From assembly GCA_008632985.1 (NCBI GenBank), contig QPGO01000119.1, positions 62,001 through 126,000 on the forward strand: a stretch of 64,000 nt of DNA. Reading direction: 5' to 3'. The stretch comes from Psammoneis japonica. Its lineage: Eukaryota. The notes beneath the pieces are model-generated. The model made no database searches. It was given only the letters and a program-made list of their open reading frames with translations, and was not told where the DNA came from. A program made the position numbers and the translations under genes. This document shows, piece by piece, positions 1-12,469 of this stretch (position 1 is its first letter; each line of letters opens with the position of its first letter).

Positions 1-10
1 CAAGGCAACC

Positions 11-835
11 ATGAAGCTTTCGACTGGCACAATCCTTCTTGCTGCCTTTGCAGGTCTAGTTTCCTGCGCCAATGGTAAGAATTTGTTGCTGTGATATCTA
101 TCTATGCAAATCATGAGTGTGCATCAAGTCTGACCCCTTGTTTTTGCAATGACTCCTATCATTAGCCCACCGCGATGGCACGGCAGGACTGGAAAAGAGC
201 GAGCAGCAAACGAAACTTCGAAAGGTCCTTAAATATCAGGAAGCAGAGACGCGAAAGAAACTGGACAGTCTTCAGAAAGGAAGAAGTGAAGCAAGCGCAG
301 AGAAATCTGAAGAGGAAAAGTTGTTGACCTTGATCGAAGAGCAGGAACGTGTAAAGGAACACGAAATCAAAAAGAAAGGACAGACCCCAGAAGAAATAGC
401 TGCTGAGGGCAAACTACTGAAGGTGCTCAAATATCAGGAAAACCAGACAAGGGAGAAACTGAGCCAGCTCCATGAAAAAGAAGCCGAGGAATCGGACGAG
501 GAGAAGTTAATGACAATGATTAAAGAACAAGAGAAGAAAAGGAAGAGAGCGAAGCGGAGCCGAGCGAAGCAGAGCCGAGCGGAGCGGAGCCGAGCGAAGC
601 GGAACCAAGCGAAGCGGAACCGAGTGAAGCGGAAGCGAGCGAAGCGGAAGGGACTGAAGTAGAAGAGAGTGAAGAAAAAGAGCCAAAGGGAAGGCCAATG
701 CTCCGCAACCATCCTCACGGTCCCAAGGAGCTACAAGTCAAGCGTCACGTGTTTTGCAGGTTTTGCGCAGAACGTGTCTGCCCCGATCTAAGCCAGGAAG
801 AAGATTGCGTGGAATGCAGGGAAAAATGCGATTGA
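11..835 (+). CDS. Secreted acidic protein: signal peptide, duplicated KVLKYQE coiled-coil unit, (SEAEP)n repeats and Cys-rich C-terminus; one intron, one apparent frameshift
   Basis: ATG at 11 gives MKLSTGTILLAAFAGLVSCA; GTAAG..TAG intron about 75-166; exon 2 joins ORF 321-662. In the 15-nt repeat (545-650) substitutions fall at wobble positions only in the SEAEP frame, which runs to CRFCAERVC...CVECREKCD-TGA(835). This implies a 1-nt indel in the A-rich run near 525-541. Confidence 0.6.
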
Positions 836-1109
836 TTCTACAAGTGCGGGGCAATATTAGATCTGAGTAGATGCTTTTCCGCTAGTGTGTATGTGAGTAG
901 TAGTATGCATTGAGTTCCTTCCTTGAGAGACCACGCTACATAGTGACGCTATTCTACTAGCGTCTTAGGGACCACCGTAAGGTCCTATGCTTTCCCACAT
1001 GTACCCGCATGTAAAAGGCGAGACCTAAATAAATTTCAGAGATGAACACCAGCTGTGCTTCATTCGCAGAAGCACCTTTTACCTTCCACAAGAGCTTTTG
1101 CGGGAGAAG

Positions 1110-1532
1110 TGACCGTGCAAAACTGTTTTTTCTAAATGTTGGGATGTAGAAGTGGTGAAGCCGTGTATGTTGTTTTAGTCGTGGATTCCTTTTTTGGGCT
1201 TAATCTGTGACAGGCACAAATTAATGTCAGGGGTATTTTTTCTCCCAACTCCTCACAGATTAAGTCGGTCCTGTCACAGATTAACTTTTTTTATGGAATC
1301 TTACTTAATCACACCGCTGCCTTTAATCATCCCAAACTGGAGTTTGCTAAAAGTCTCACTCCCTGGCCCCTAACATAAACCCTAAACCCTAACCCTGACC
1401 GTGCAAAACTGTTTTTTCTAAATGTTGGGATGTAGAAGTGGTGAAGCCGTGTATGTTGTTTTAGTCGTGGATTCCTTTTTTGGGCTTAATCTGTGACAGG
1501 CACAAATTAATCTGTCAGGGGTATTTTTTCTC
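1110..1532. repeat. ~135-bp near-identical direct repeat (1110-1244 and 1396-1532) with an internal inverted repeat and a telomere-like CCCTAA tract at the junction
   Basis: TGACCGTGCAAAACTG...GGGGTATTTTTTCTC occurs twice; TTAATCTGTGACAGG (~1200) and CCTGTCACAGATTAA (~1270) are inverted; AAACCCTAAACCCTAACCCT lies at ~1377-1396. Confidence 0.85.
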
Positions 1533-1932
1533 GAATTTATCACAATCATTGTTGTTACGTGAACTTTGTTCGTGCTGATGATGCCACACTCTTCGTGTTC
1601 GAGGCTCAAGTTTAGATCAAGACAACTATCTACCAGTAAACTTAAATTTGTGCCCCTGTTTTAGATCGACGCTAATGCCGGTATGCTGTCAAACAATGCG
1701 TCCTGTACGTGGTAGGTAAACTAGAGCAAACCCATTGATGAAATACCAGAACAACAAATCGCATTGTTGATGCAAACTTCAAGTTATCGTATTGAATTCA
1801 TTATAATAATCATGGAGGATCATTGTAATTGTACATGTTGAATCTTCGGAAAGTATGGTATGATTGTAGATTCAAAGCTACAGTATGCAGAATTTCGCAT
1901 AGAAGCCTAGAATGCATCGAAATTGAAATGAC

Positions 1933-3577
1933 TTAGGAAGCGGCAGCGGCAGCCGCGGCAGGAAGACAACCCCCTTCCTTCACCATGACTTCAAACTCCT
2001 CCAGAATCGCCGGTGCTGCCGGAACGTCCAAGGTCAAGTCGGGTAGAAGCTTGTGCAAGCGACTGAGTCCCTTGGCAACCTGGTACTCCGACACAATGGC
2101 ATTCTTGACCAAGAAGCAAAACAAGGCAGCCATGGCGTCAATAGCCGAGGACGTCTTTTCGGCGTGATCCCGACCGTCCTCTTCCATGGCGATTTTAACG
2201 CCACGTTTCACCAATTCGTGGTGAAAATGCGCCGCTTTCATCTCTCGTACGCACCTAGCGGCTTCATCAAGCTCTCTCGACAAGAGATACTCCTGTGTGA
2301 GGGACAATAGATGCAGGGTTGAAATTAGTGTTCATAAACCACGGCTATCCAACAAACAGATCACCACAATATCAATACGCACCGTGAGCAACTGGTCCAT
2401 TACAGTTTTCAATTCCGCAACAGGCCTTCCATCCCCGGGTCCCCAAATCCTCTCGAGACGGGCCGTACAATGCTCGCGCGACAAGAGACTGACGGCCTTT
2501 TCAATCACGGCATCACCCGGACGATCGTTGTTTTGTTGCGATAAAAAAGCGGGCGGCAAGACCTCATCGACCACCGCCCTGGCCAAGAAGGATCCCACCA
2601 TGATTTTGGCATCGGGAATGTCAATACTCAAGTCATCCAACGATTCCAACAACAGCCCGAATCCCTCCGCCACATTGTCGTCACTGAGCGGTGTCGGATG
2701 AAGACACGTCAAGAGCCGACTCACAAGTTCCCGTTCTCGCGGGCCCTCGTCCAGACTGAGACTTATGGCCCGCTTGACGACTTCGGGATGATACTTGCGG
2801 CACTGTAACTCCTCAATGCTACGAATGACTTCGTCCGCATCGGCCGAATCAAAGTACTCCCGAATGATATCCGCAAGCTGAAGCTTGAACTCGGGCAGCG
2901 TCAACATTGGACCGTAGACGGCCTTTTCCGCGATGGAATCATAGCCGGTTGGATCAACGCCATTGCCGTTTGGAATTTCGCCGTGTTCCGACGAGAGAAT
3001 GTACTTTCCAGACTCGGCCTCTTCCTCGTCGTAGAGCGGGTCGTTCGGGTCTAACGCACCCATGACTGCGTCTTCCGATCCATCCATGTCCTCCTTCCAC
3101 TTGCCCTTGCTAAGAACAAGAAACGATTGTTATTTAATATTCAAACTCATATTGATACAGACAAATCTTATTAAAAACTCACCCATGTCCACCTTGCTTT
3201 TTGTTGCGACTGTCGTATTTTCCCGTTTCCGCCCCATCACTCTTTTTGCGTGTAATGTTTCGACGTGACGATCCCACCTCCTTGACCTTGGTTTCGTGTG
3301 ACATTTCCGCAACTTTAGCCTTGTGTTTTGCCGCCATGGATTGTGCCTGTGAGGAAATGGCACGAACCCCCTCGCCCGTGGGATTGTGGACCTTGCCCTG
3401 CCGCCAAAATGTGAGCAGAACAAGATCATGAGTGCGCGTGACGTGGATTTGAATCATTCGATTGATTCACGCACGCCGAATTCGCACGACGACATGCCAC
3501 CATCATGGATACATACTCACCATGGTCTCCACCGTTACTTCTGGTCGTTTTGAGAACTCTGCCTTGCTTTCCGCCAT
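1933..3577 (-). CDS. PDCD4: Programmed cell death protein 4-like protein with two MA3 (MI) domains; 4 exons (3577-3521, 3397-3183, 3109-2383, 2292-1933)
   Basis: Motifs KKQGGHGKGKW, ALDPNDPLYD, IIREYFDS, VVKRAISLSLD..RERELVSRLL, DLSIDIPDA..FLARAVVDEVLPP, EYLLSRELDEAARC..HFHHELVKR, DLTLDVPAA. Three GT-AG introns restore a single frame. Confidence 0.9.
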
Positions 3578-4999
3578 GATTTATATAAAAAACAATGAAA
3601 GAAAGAGAGAAAACGACAGCACACGCCAATGGCCGGGGTTTTTGAAGGGATCGAAAGCACACGCGGTATGTTCGGATCAAGAAAAAGATTTTTGTGCGCG
3701 ATTTATGACACCGAGTTGATCGGCGTACGTAGGATCCTACACAGGAATTCGTACAAAATGACGCTCTTTTTGACGTCACCATGTCTTCTCATAGCTAGGC
3801 TTCTCACAGAAGAGAAGTGAAACCGTGATGATGCCAAGGATGCTTTGCTCGACAAAAATTCGGATAATCAAAAAGAAAAGCGCTGCAAGAATGAGAGAGT
3901 GCTTCTAACAGTGTGGCAACAATATGGCTCAACCAGAGTCTACTGTAACGAGAAAGATACGCACGAGGATCGATAATAAAGATCACAACTATTTCGAGCT
4001 AGAGTATGCAATTTATGGAATATATGTGAACCAAAACTGTTTGGTACTCCACAAACAATCAATGCCATCATCAAGTTGCAATCAAATATTGATTCCCAGT
4101 CGAATTACGACTGCGTGTCGTCTATTCCATGCTTCCGTCGTCGAGGTCGTTCCACTTTCCTTTTCCACCCCCGCCACCATGCTGCTTCTTCTCCTTTCTA
4201 TATAAAAGAATAAAACAACGTAAAAAAATGTAAAATCAGACATGATGTAGTAGCTTGAATCAATTTTCGAATCTATACTTTTCGTACCTGTTGGGATCGT
4301 GATCATGCTTTCGCGTAATGTTCCTGCTTGCCGAACCCTCCTTCGTTTTCGTTTCTGGAATTGGTTCCTTTCCCTTGTGGTGTTCGCCTCTGTAGAAACA
4401 TTATAGTGAATAAACACAAGTGAGAGGGAAGCATGCACACACAATGTGATTAGCCCAACAAACGCCAACAAGAGCCAATCAGAAAGGAGTGACACCGTCC
4501 ATACGTACGAACGCAACAGTACGTAGAAGGTACGAAAGATTTTTCAGACGCCGACAAGAAACGAGGTTTGAAAGCACGACGAAAACAACAACGAACACAA
4601 TATCCCCGTATTTACATATATACATCTATAACACTCACTCTTTTGGATGAACCATACTGTTTGTTGTTGCTGCTGTTGATTCTTGTTGTTATGAGCCACA
4701 GAAGGAGTGATGGATTTTCGCGTTGTTGATGCGAACTCGCCAGCGAAGATCGAACGTGTCAAAGATTGCGTGGAGCTCGTATTGATTCTACGTGTGACGT
4801 CGAAGAAGGCGATTTCTCGCGATGTCTTGCGCGTTTTTGGCACCTGAGTGAAGCAAGGACTCATTCGACTGGCATTTTGACTTCGCGTGTTCCGCGCGGG
4901 AACTTCAACTTGGAATGAGAACCCCGCGCTCCAACATGATCAGAAAAAACGATGGAACGGACTCGCTGATCGCTGAAGAACAGCACACAAAAAAGAACA

Positions 5000-5635
5000 A
5001 TGAGCACCGAACAACAAGACCCAGAAGACCCTGTTCGTGAGACGGCTGCGGACAGCGCAAGCAAGTCCAGCAATGATGCCTTTCCCGCGCGCTTGGAGAT
5101 TGACATGGACGCGGACCGCGAGATTGACCGTCTCGAACTCTTTGTGCGCCCAATCAAAATGGTGCCAATCCTCCTTCTTTGGATGACGGTTTCCAGCGCT
5201 CTCATTCTGTCGACACTCATCATGATTGTTACTATCCCAAGTGGTGGTTTGACTTTCAGTTGAAGTCTAAGCAGTTTGCGCACCGGGTGTATGCGTATTG
5301 TTGCTTTCTCACCGACAAGTATCCAAGCACAACCGAGTGAGCAGAATGTGCACCTTGAAATTGATTTTCCCGGGGAAGATGTGTCTTCCACACTTAACCG
5401 GTGGGGACCCTTGTACAAGATTCTATTGGGCATTCCTCACTTTTTATGCCTTTTCGGATTGTTTATTGCAACTCTCATAGCCGTCGTCGGAGCTTGGTTT
5501 ATTATGCTCTTTACCAAGCGATACCCACCGGCTTTTGCTATGTTTGTCATTGGATTCTTTCGTTGGGAACTAAGGTTTGAGGCGTATGCTTTGCTCTTTG
5601 TGACGGACAAGTATCCTCCTTTTAGTCTAGCCTAA
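5000..5635 (+). CDS. DUF4389-like membrane protein (two repeats), with two apparent frameshifts
   Basis: Second repeat LNRWGPLYKILLGIPH...RYPPAF..FFRWELRFEAYALLFVTDKYPPFSL. A third frame at ~5230-5335 reads YPKWWFDFQ..FAHRVYAYCCFLTDKYPST, the end of the first repeat. No introns. Confidence 0.7.
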
Positions 5636-5744
5636 TTTTGCATATATATAGGTGTGACGAGTTTCCAACCTTTTCCAGAATACGGAGAATCTAGTAGAGA
5701 CGATCTTATACAAGGTCAAAAGTCGTTTACGCTTGTAAAGAAGC

Positions 5745-6020
5745 TAGTGAATTTTTTGGGTCGGAACCACTCCCAAGAACGAAATGGTGAAAGTTGTCGA
5801 ACATCGCGATGGATCTTTCACGTACAGTAGGAATCAATGCCGGATGAGATGAATCTCGATAATCTCGCCACCAATTCGAAACACATAGACGACTTGCAAC
5901 TATACCTTACTATTTTTACAAAGCTCAAGCTCTCGTTATCAAGAGTGTTGACCTATAGACTTGGCTGGTAAGGTCCCACTTCACAAAAATCAGCGAATGA
6001 AGAGTAAGGAAAAGGATGTG
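5745..6020 (+). repeat. Diverged direct repeat, copy 1 (copy 2 at ~8897-9157)
   Basis: Shared blocks GGGTCGGAAC, GGTGAAAGTTGTC.AACATCGCGATGGATCTTTCA, AATCTCGCCACCAAT, TTACAAAGCT.AAGCTCTCGTTAT.AAGAGTGTTGA, GAGTAAGGA.AAGGATGT. Confidence 0.8.
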
Positions 6021-6318
6021 TGATTCCTGGTAGAGTAGAGTTGCTGCTTGCACCTTCATTATTTGGCACCGTACGTTGCCGTTGACGGCGTTGATGTTGC
6101 TTTTTCTAGTTGGTTTTGAAGGTTATTTTGGATCACAGTAGATCATCCCTTCCCTTAGGAGCTCAATACGGCCGGGGCCCGCAAAATATGGAGCCAGATT
6201 CTACACGAAGGAAGAACGAGGATTCGCAAACGTCAACATATAGAACACATCATTATGGGTGTAGGCTACCTATTCTGTCGTGCAGCATCATGGCACTGCT
6301 CTGCTATTCCTTTTCTTG

Positions 6319-8145
6319 TCAAACTGGTTTCATCTGGATGTTCCACATTTTCATGTTTGGAAGAATGTCGAGTTGATCGCAATCGAGGAGCTCCAAGCCA
6401 ATGTTCTGAATGCCCTTTTTGAACGAGATTTCGCCCAGTTCGTGGATCCGTTCATCAACCGTTAGCGTACTTGCGACGCGAGATTTCCCAGCATAAAACC
6501 GCACTTTGGTACCACTGGGGACAGACGACGCGATAAGAAAGATCCTGTAGGTCGCGGGACGTAGAACTTCCACCCTTATTTCTTGAATGGCACCAATCTC
6601 TCTGAAATAGGAATATGAAAAGAATACGCCATTGTCACCCCTTACTCGATGTGTGTACTCAGTTTCTACATATGGCTCTTCAACTCCAGGAAAGCCTATC
6701 GTTTGTACCGGCACATTCCAGGCGTGCGGGTCCTTGCGAACATAGTCAACCTTTTCAAAGTACCTCTTGCGCATTTCCAGATATTTCTCGGGACTGGATT
6801 TCTTGAGGTCTTTCTTTTGTTGAGGATCAGTGGCTAGATTGAACAGGTAATAGCTCCCTTTTTCATTCACAAGGACCCATTCCCCCTGTATGTAGACTGA
6901 GTCACGCTTGTCCAGTGGCAGAGAATAATTCTTGGTAAAACGATAATCCCACCCGTCAGGTCCACGAAAGGAGCCTATAGCTCCGGGCTGCGCCGTGAAA
7001 AAATCACGTTCATCTGGCCAAGAGGCCTTTTCTTTCCTTAGGAAACGCCTTAAGCTTCTACCATCTAAGGAAGGTGCGTCTTTCTTCCGCTTGTGGCCGG
7101 CTAACTGAAGAAAGGTAGGGTAGATATCCATGACCAATGCCATGTCGCTCACTTCTTTGGCCTTGAATCTAGCTGGACAGTAAATGCCTAACCGGTTTCG
7201 TATGCCGTTTTCCCATCCTGTTGCTTTCTTGGAGCGAAAACCACTTGGGTTACGTGCAGCCCATTCCGTCTTATTGAGATTGTATATCGTATTTAACGTC
7301 GTGTAAAATCCATTTGGCCTCTTTTCGACCAGACGTGTCTTGGGTGTTGGGCCATTGTCACCGAAAAAAGCAATAACGGTGTTGTCGGACAAACCGTTTC
7401 TTTCCAGTGTCCGCATAATTCGCCCAACTTGGGAGTCCAATTGCTCGAGCATACCGAGAAGCATAGCATACGATTCTGAAATGCCCTGCTCTATGTACTT
7501 CTTCTGTAGTGTTTTACGACAGAGCCAGGGTTCATGCGGCTGCGAATACGGAACGTAGATGAAGAACGGATCGGCCTTGTGCCGCGTGATGAAATCGACA
7601 GCTGCGTCTGTAACGCGCTCTACTTGCCATCCGGGGGCTAACCCAGCGTACGTCCCATTAGGAGAAACGGGTGCATTGACGTGGTCATACCGACCTTTGC
7701 TTCTGTCAAAGTCAGCCGCAATCTCGTACGTTTCGTTGAAACCACGGACGTTAGGCCGTTCGGCATCTGCGGTTCCAAGGTTCCATTTCCCAGTCATGCC
7801 AGTCACGTAGCCGGCATCCTGAAATGCTTCTCCAAGCATGTATTCGTCAGGGTGAGGTGGGTCTCCACCATAGCCGACCGAAGAGGTACCTGTGCGCATA
7901 AAGTTCCGACCCGTCAATAGGGCCGCACGTGTAGGACCGCAAGAGGGTGCAGTATAGAAACGAGTGAACTGAACGCCTTGTTTCATCAACCTGTCCAAAT
8001 TAGGTGTTTGCAATGGAGGCTGTCGGAATCCGTAATCGTCGAATCCCTGGTCGTCTGTCATGATTAGGATGAAGTTGAGTTTCTTCTTTTCGACAGCTTG
8101 AACCTTGGCCGCCATCAGCAGCAGTACACACAAGGCAGCAATCAT
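6319..8145 (-). CDS. Secreted formylglycine-dependent (S1 family) sulfatase / arylsulfatase
   Basis: Signal peptide MIAALCVLLLMAAKVQA; NFILIMTDDQG; CGPTRAALLTGR (CxPxR signature); GYVTGMTGKW; PHEP; GDNG; DIYPT; LFNLATDP. No introns. Confidence 0.92.
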   Translation of the reverse strand: MIAALCVLLLMAAKVQAVEKKKLNFILIMTDDQGFDDYGFRQPPLQTPNLDRLMKQGVQFTRFYTAPSCGPTRAALLTGRNFMRTGTSSVGYGGDPPHPDEYMLGEAFQDAGYVTGMTGKWNLGTADAERPNVRGFNETYEIAADFDRSKGRYDHVNAPVSPNGTYAGLAPGWQVERVTDAAVDFITRHKADPFFIYVPYSQPHEPWLCRKTLQKKYIEQGISESYAMLLGMLEQLDSQVGRIMRTLERNGLSDNTVIAFFGDNGPTPKTRLVEKRPNGFYTTLNTIYNLNKTEWAARNPSGFRSKKATGWENGIRNRLGIYCPARFKAKEVSDMALVMDIYPTFLQLAGHKRKKDAPSLDGRSLRRFLRKEKASWPDERDFFTAQPGAIGSFRGPDGWDYRFTKNYSLPLDKRDSVYIQGEWVLVNEKGSYYLFNLATDPQQKKDLKKSSPEKYLEMRKRYFEKVDYVRKDPHAWNVPVQTIGFPGVEEPYVETEYTHRVRGDNGVFFSYSYFREIGAIQEIRVEVLRPATYRIFLIASSVPSGTKVRFYAGKSRVASTLTVDERIHELGEISFKKGIQNIGLELLDCDQLDILPNMKMWNIQMKPV

Positions 8146-8896
8146 TGCTACGCGTGGGTAAAGAGAGCTGAGAGGGCATATAAAGCAACAATTGTAACGT
8201 GAGGATTGTAGAAGAAGTAATTGATGCCAACAAGCAAAACGAGGCAAGATAATATGGAAACAAACTCAAGTTGCGGACCAACTTACAAAATGTATCTCAG
8301 TGAACAGTGAAGGACGATAGACAGGGATACACCGCAACCCGCAACTGCCTTGCCGATTGCTGTCCCCAAACAAAATTAATAAATGAGCTTGACTTTTGCG
8401 AGATCGAACTACATCGGAGCAAACAAAGGGCTGCTCCCATTTTCGATTTTTGGTGTTGCGTCGAGCAATGACTTATGCTGATAAAATCAATGGGCAGTGA
8501 CAATCAACGCCTCGGTCCTATGACACTAAAGTACTATCGTGATTGGATATTGCCCATATATTCTCATAATAATTATGTATGAATGTCTTCCACAATCATT
8601 TTATTTAAAGGTCTCTTTCTTGTACTGTACTGTACCTTAAGCCAAAATGTCTGTGAGATCAGTTTGACTGGGAACAATAATTCTTTCCAAATTGCCCACC
8701 GATAGTTCCCCCAGTTGAGGCACCGTTGATGACCCAAGCGAATGACTCGACTCTGATGACCGACCATGGCAATCGCGGCCGACCACCAGTGCTTCTTGCT
8801 TCCAACCTTTTCCAAAATGTAGATTTATAGTAGAGATGCTCTTACAGTACAGTCTACAAAAGTTCAATAATCAAAGTCGTGTAGGCTTGTAACCTA

Positions 8897-9789
8897 GCTG
8901 GTGAATTCTTGGGTCGGAACAAAAAGGTGAAAGTTGTCAAACATCGCGATGGATCTTTCAAAATTAACAGGCGTTCAGTACGGAGGAAAAAAGATACCGA
9001 TCTTCAATCTCGCCACCAATCGCAACACGGCGACTTGCCACTCTACCTTACTTCTTACAAAGCTTAAGCTCTCGTTATTAAGAGTGTTGAACCGTTAACT
9101 TGGCTGATGAAGTCCCGCCTAAAAGAATCACAGAATGACGAGTAAGGAGAAGGATGTACCATCTATCCGAAACGAGCGTCGCGGATGAAACCAAGGAAAA
9201 GATGCGGATTAAGCTTGCCACAGACGAAACTCAAAGTGCAGTCGAACACGATGAATTCAGAGGCCTTGAAAAGAATATTTGCTTGATTTTGCATTTTCTC
9301 CTGGATGCTTGCAATCGCAGAAAAGTGGAATTGAAGGAGGAGGGACGGCAGAATCAACAAACACTGATTGGAAGATCAGTACGAGGGTTGCAATGATTTC
9401 TGCGCAAGATAACGCCACGGAACTAGGCAAGATTCGATCTGATATCGACAAGCTGACTGGTTTGAAGTACGACAGAGAAAAGAGGCAATGTGAAGATGAC
9501 TTGAAAGGAGGTATTGTCAGATGTGATGTAGAAGTATGTACATCTCGAACGAGGTTCCGAAAAGGCACGTCAGAAGGAGGCGTGAGTGGTGACAATCGAT
9601 GTGAGTATCAAAACATTTTCCTTCAATGCATGGCGACATGAAAGATGTGCTCCTCGGATTGCTGCGAAAATTGCGTTGATCTATCGAACCTGCCGATATG
9701 GTGATGTCACAAAGAGATTCTGTCTTTCTTGCATTACGTTTTGTGAGGCTTGCATCAACCCAGTCTGCGTGGATTGCGTCACATCATGA
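8897..9789 (+). pseudogene. Fragmented ORF with a Cys-rich C-terminus; its 5' part is the second copy of the 5745-6020 repeat
   Basis: Successive short ORFs 9154-9396, 9279-9641 and 9586-9789 ending FCLSCITFCEACINPVCVDC; several frame breaks. Confidence 0.35.
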
Positions 9790-10282
9790 CCTATGAAGAC
9801 TAGTGGGGCCCTATGCCGACAGATGAAATCTCTCCCTGTTATGGTTCTCTGGGTTCGGAAGCGAGATACGAGCCGTTATGACAGACGTCTCTTACACGAT
9901 TCATCCGCGACCCAGTCTCAAGGCGCACGACTGGAACACAAAGATCGATGATGATGTACTTTCCAGTCAAGAAAGCACTCAAAACCGAAAGCAATTTCCT
10001 TTTACAAATTCCATCAAGGGCCTAAACGCACCAGTCAATTTAGCTGCCCAGACCGGCTTGGAATGCTGTCGTAGCGATCCGCGTGACGAATCACTCTCTG
10101 TCTCTCTGGCAGGCATCGAACGAGAACCCAAACTGAAAACGCGCGACACGCGTTCGTTGATCACAAAAGAACGAATACATCGCGAACTCCGCAGAGTACT
10201 CCACAAATCCAAAAATACTTTCGACGAGTTAAGACATAGAAGTCAAAATACTTTCGACGAGTGAAGACGATAGAAGTCAACC

Positions 10283-12327
10283 ATGAAGAAGCATCAGCCG
10301 GTCGAAGGAAAGCACAAGAATCCTCACTCCATGGGTGGTGCGAACGAGAATGATGGAGACCAACCGATGCTGTTTCCGGATACGGTTCCTCCCACTCCGA
10401 CCGCCGACCCTCCCAAGCCAAAGAAGACGCGTGAGTTTGAGGACCTGTCAGTGCCCCATGATATCGAGAGAGGGCGAGAAGAAGTCACGACTTTGACTTA
10501 TTCGGACGACGACCAGCAAGACCAACAAGTCTACCGCGGTGTAGCCGCAGCTGCAGCTGGGGATCCAGGTGCATTCAGAGAAGGAGGGCGCCCCAACGCT
10601 GTTGACGATGACACTACCACGTTCACGGCGTCACCAGAGTCTGCTACTGCTGCTCCAAATAACGAGGACCCTCACCGCGTAGTGTCGGCTCATGTCGTCC
10701 AAGAACCAGATATTGTTTCGGCGATAGCTATGCCGGCTGACCAAGCAAGGTGGTGGTCAAAGCGTCGCAATCGTATGATGTTGATTGGGGGCGCTTTGGC
10801 AGTCGTAACTGGCCTTGTCGTGACGCTTGCAGTGGTCTTGTCAGGCTCTGACAATCCTCCTGCCACTTCACCGCCCTCAATGATTCTTCCAAATGCTACG
10901 AGTCCTCCGACTGTCTCCCCAACAGAAACTTCCACGCCCATGACGGGATCGCCCACACCGCCGTCTACAGTTTCGCCTACGTCGCCTTTGACAGTGCAGC
11001 CGACGACCACATCTCCTACGGCTTCACCAACTACACTCCCACCTACTCCGATTCCGACGGTGCAGCCAACGACAATACTTCCGACGCCGTCTCCGACCTT
11101 GCAACCTACCACGCCCTCTCCGACCTTGCAACCCACTACAAGATCTCCAACGCCTCCACCTTCTAACCCGTTAGTCTTTTCTCAGATTGGCACAGACATG
11201 CTTGGAGACGTGTTGGATGACTTGGAGAGTCGATTTCTTTGAGTGCGGATGGAAGCGTGCTTGCCGTCGGAGCACCAGGGGCCGATGACAATGGTGATCG
11301 GTCCGGCCGTGTTCGTGTCTACGCACGAGCAGGTGGAGGATTCTTCAAACTCGGTAATGATTTGATTGGAAGTCGGATTCAAGAGTTTTTCGGCGGATCC
11401 GTTTCATTGTCGGCGGATGGTACAATGCTAGCTGTCGGTGCTTCTCATGGAGGTGGCAGAGGCACTGGAAGCGTGCAAGTTTTTCGTTTGACGGGGAACT
11501 CCTGGAATCAAATTGGCGAAACAATCCTAGGCGACGGGGAGTGGAATTACGCAGGCATTGTCACGATGTCTGGTGACGGTTCGACTATTGCAATCGCAGC
11601 CCCTTCTAACGATGACGGTGGAGAAGTTGCAGGGCAGGTACGAGTGTATGGACTGGTGGGAAATTCCTGGATTAAACGAGGTGCTGATATTGACGGAAAG
11701 GCGCCAGGTGATCGTTGTAGTGCGTCATCATTGTCATCAGATGGAACCATTCTGGCAGTCGGTTGTCCGCAAAATGGTGGTGGGGAATCGGCTCCTGGAC
11801 ATGTTCGTGTTTTTCAGTTTGGTGAGAGTAGCTGGAACAAACTCGGTGACGATATTGTTGGAGAGACTCTCAATGACAGGACGGGTCATTCTGTCTCGCT
11901 TTCAAGAAATGGCGATGTCATCGCCATCTCGACGCCATATGGAAATGGAAGTATAAACTCAGCCCGGGTCTTTAGACTGGTAGGCAGCACGTGGACTAAA
12001 ATTGGCAATGCTGTCTATGGAGAGTCAGGTGACATTGGCAAGGAAGTGTCCTTGTCGGCAGACGGTTCCCTCTTTGCCTTGGGTAGTGTTTCGCGCAGAG
12101 GCGCTGAGAACACAGGCGTTGTTCGTGTGTATGAGCTAGTCAATGAAGACAGCGAGCAGTGGATGCATGTCGGACAAGTCCTGAAGGGCGACAAGGATTT
12201 GGATGATTATGGAGAGGCTCTGTCGTTGGCTGCTAATGCGCCCGTTCTTGCTGTTGGTGCGAACCAAGGAGGCACGCTGGGACTCGGTCCTGGCTACGTC
12301 CGCGTGTTTGAGCTTGGTCAGCAGTAG
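10283..12327 (+). CDS. Type II membrane protein with a Pro/Thr-rich (PTxSP) stalk and an FG-GAP-like beta-propeller; frameshift near 11235
   Basis: TM MMLIGGALAVVTGLVVTLAVVL after KRRNR; TVQPTT/TLQPTT repeats; about seven repeats of SVSLSADGxxLAVGA...GxVRVY/F...W.xxG.DI.G. Confidence 0.8.
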
Positions 12328-12469
12328 CACGCAGCTTTCAGCAAACTGTATCTATTTGTTTCGTCTTTTACATACACATCATGTACTCAGAAGAAAAATG
12401 ATTCTTGCAGGAAACTATACACTTTTAGTTTAGCCTTTGTTTCTGCCTCTATTAACCGTCGTCTCTAGG

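Noticed and set aside
10208..10263. Two-copy AAAATACTTTCGACGAGT repeat (and the two-copy repeat at 47271-47353) as CRISPR or att sites
   Set aside because: Only two copies each; best explained as local tandem duplications.
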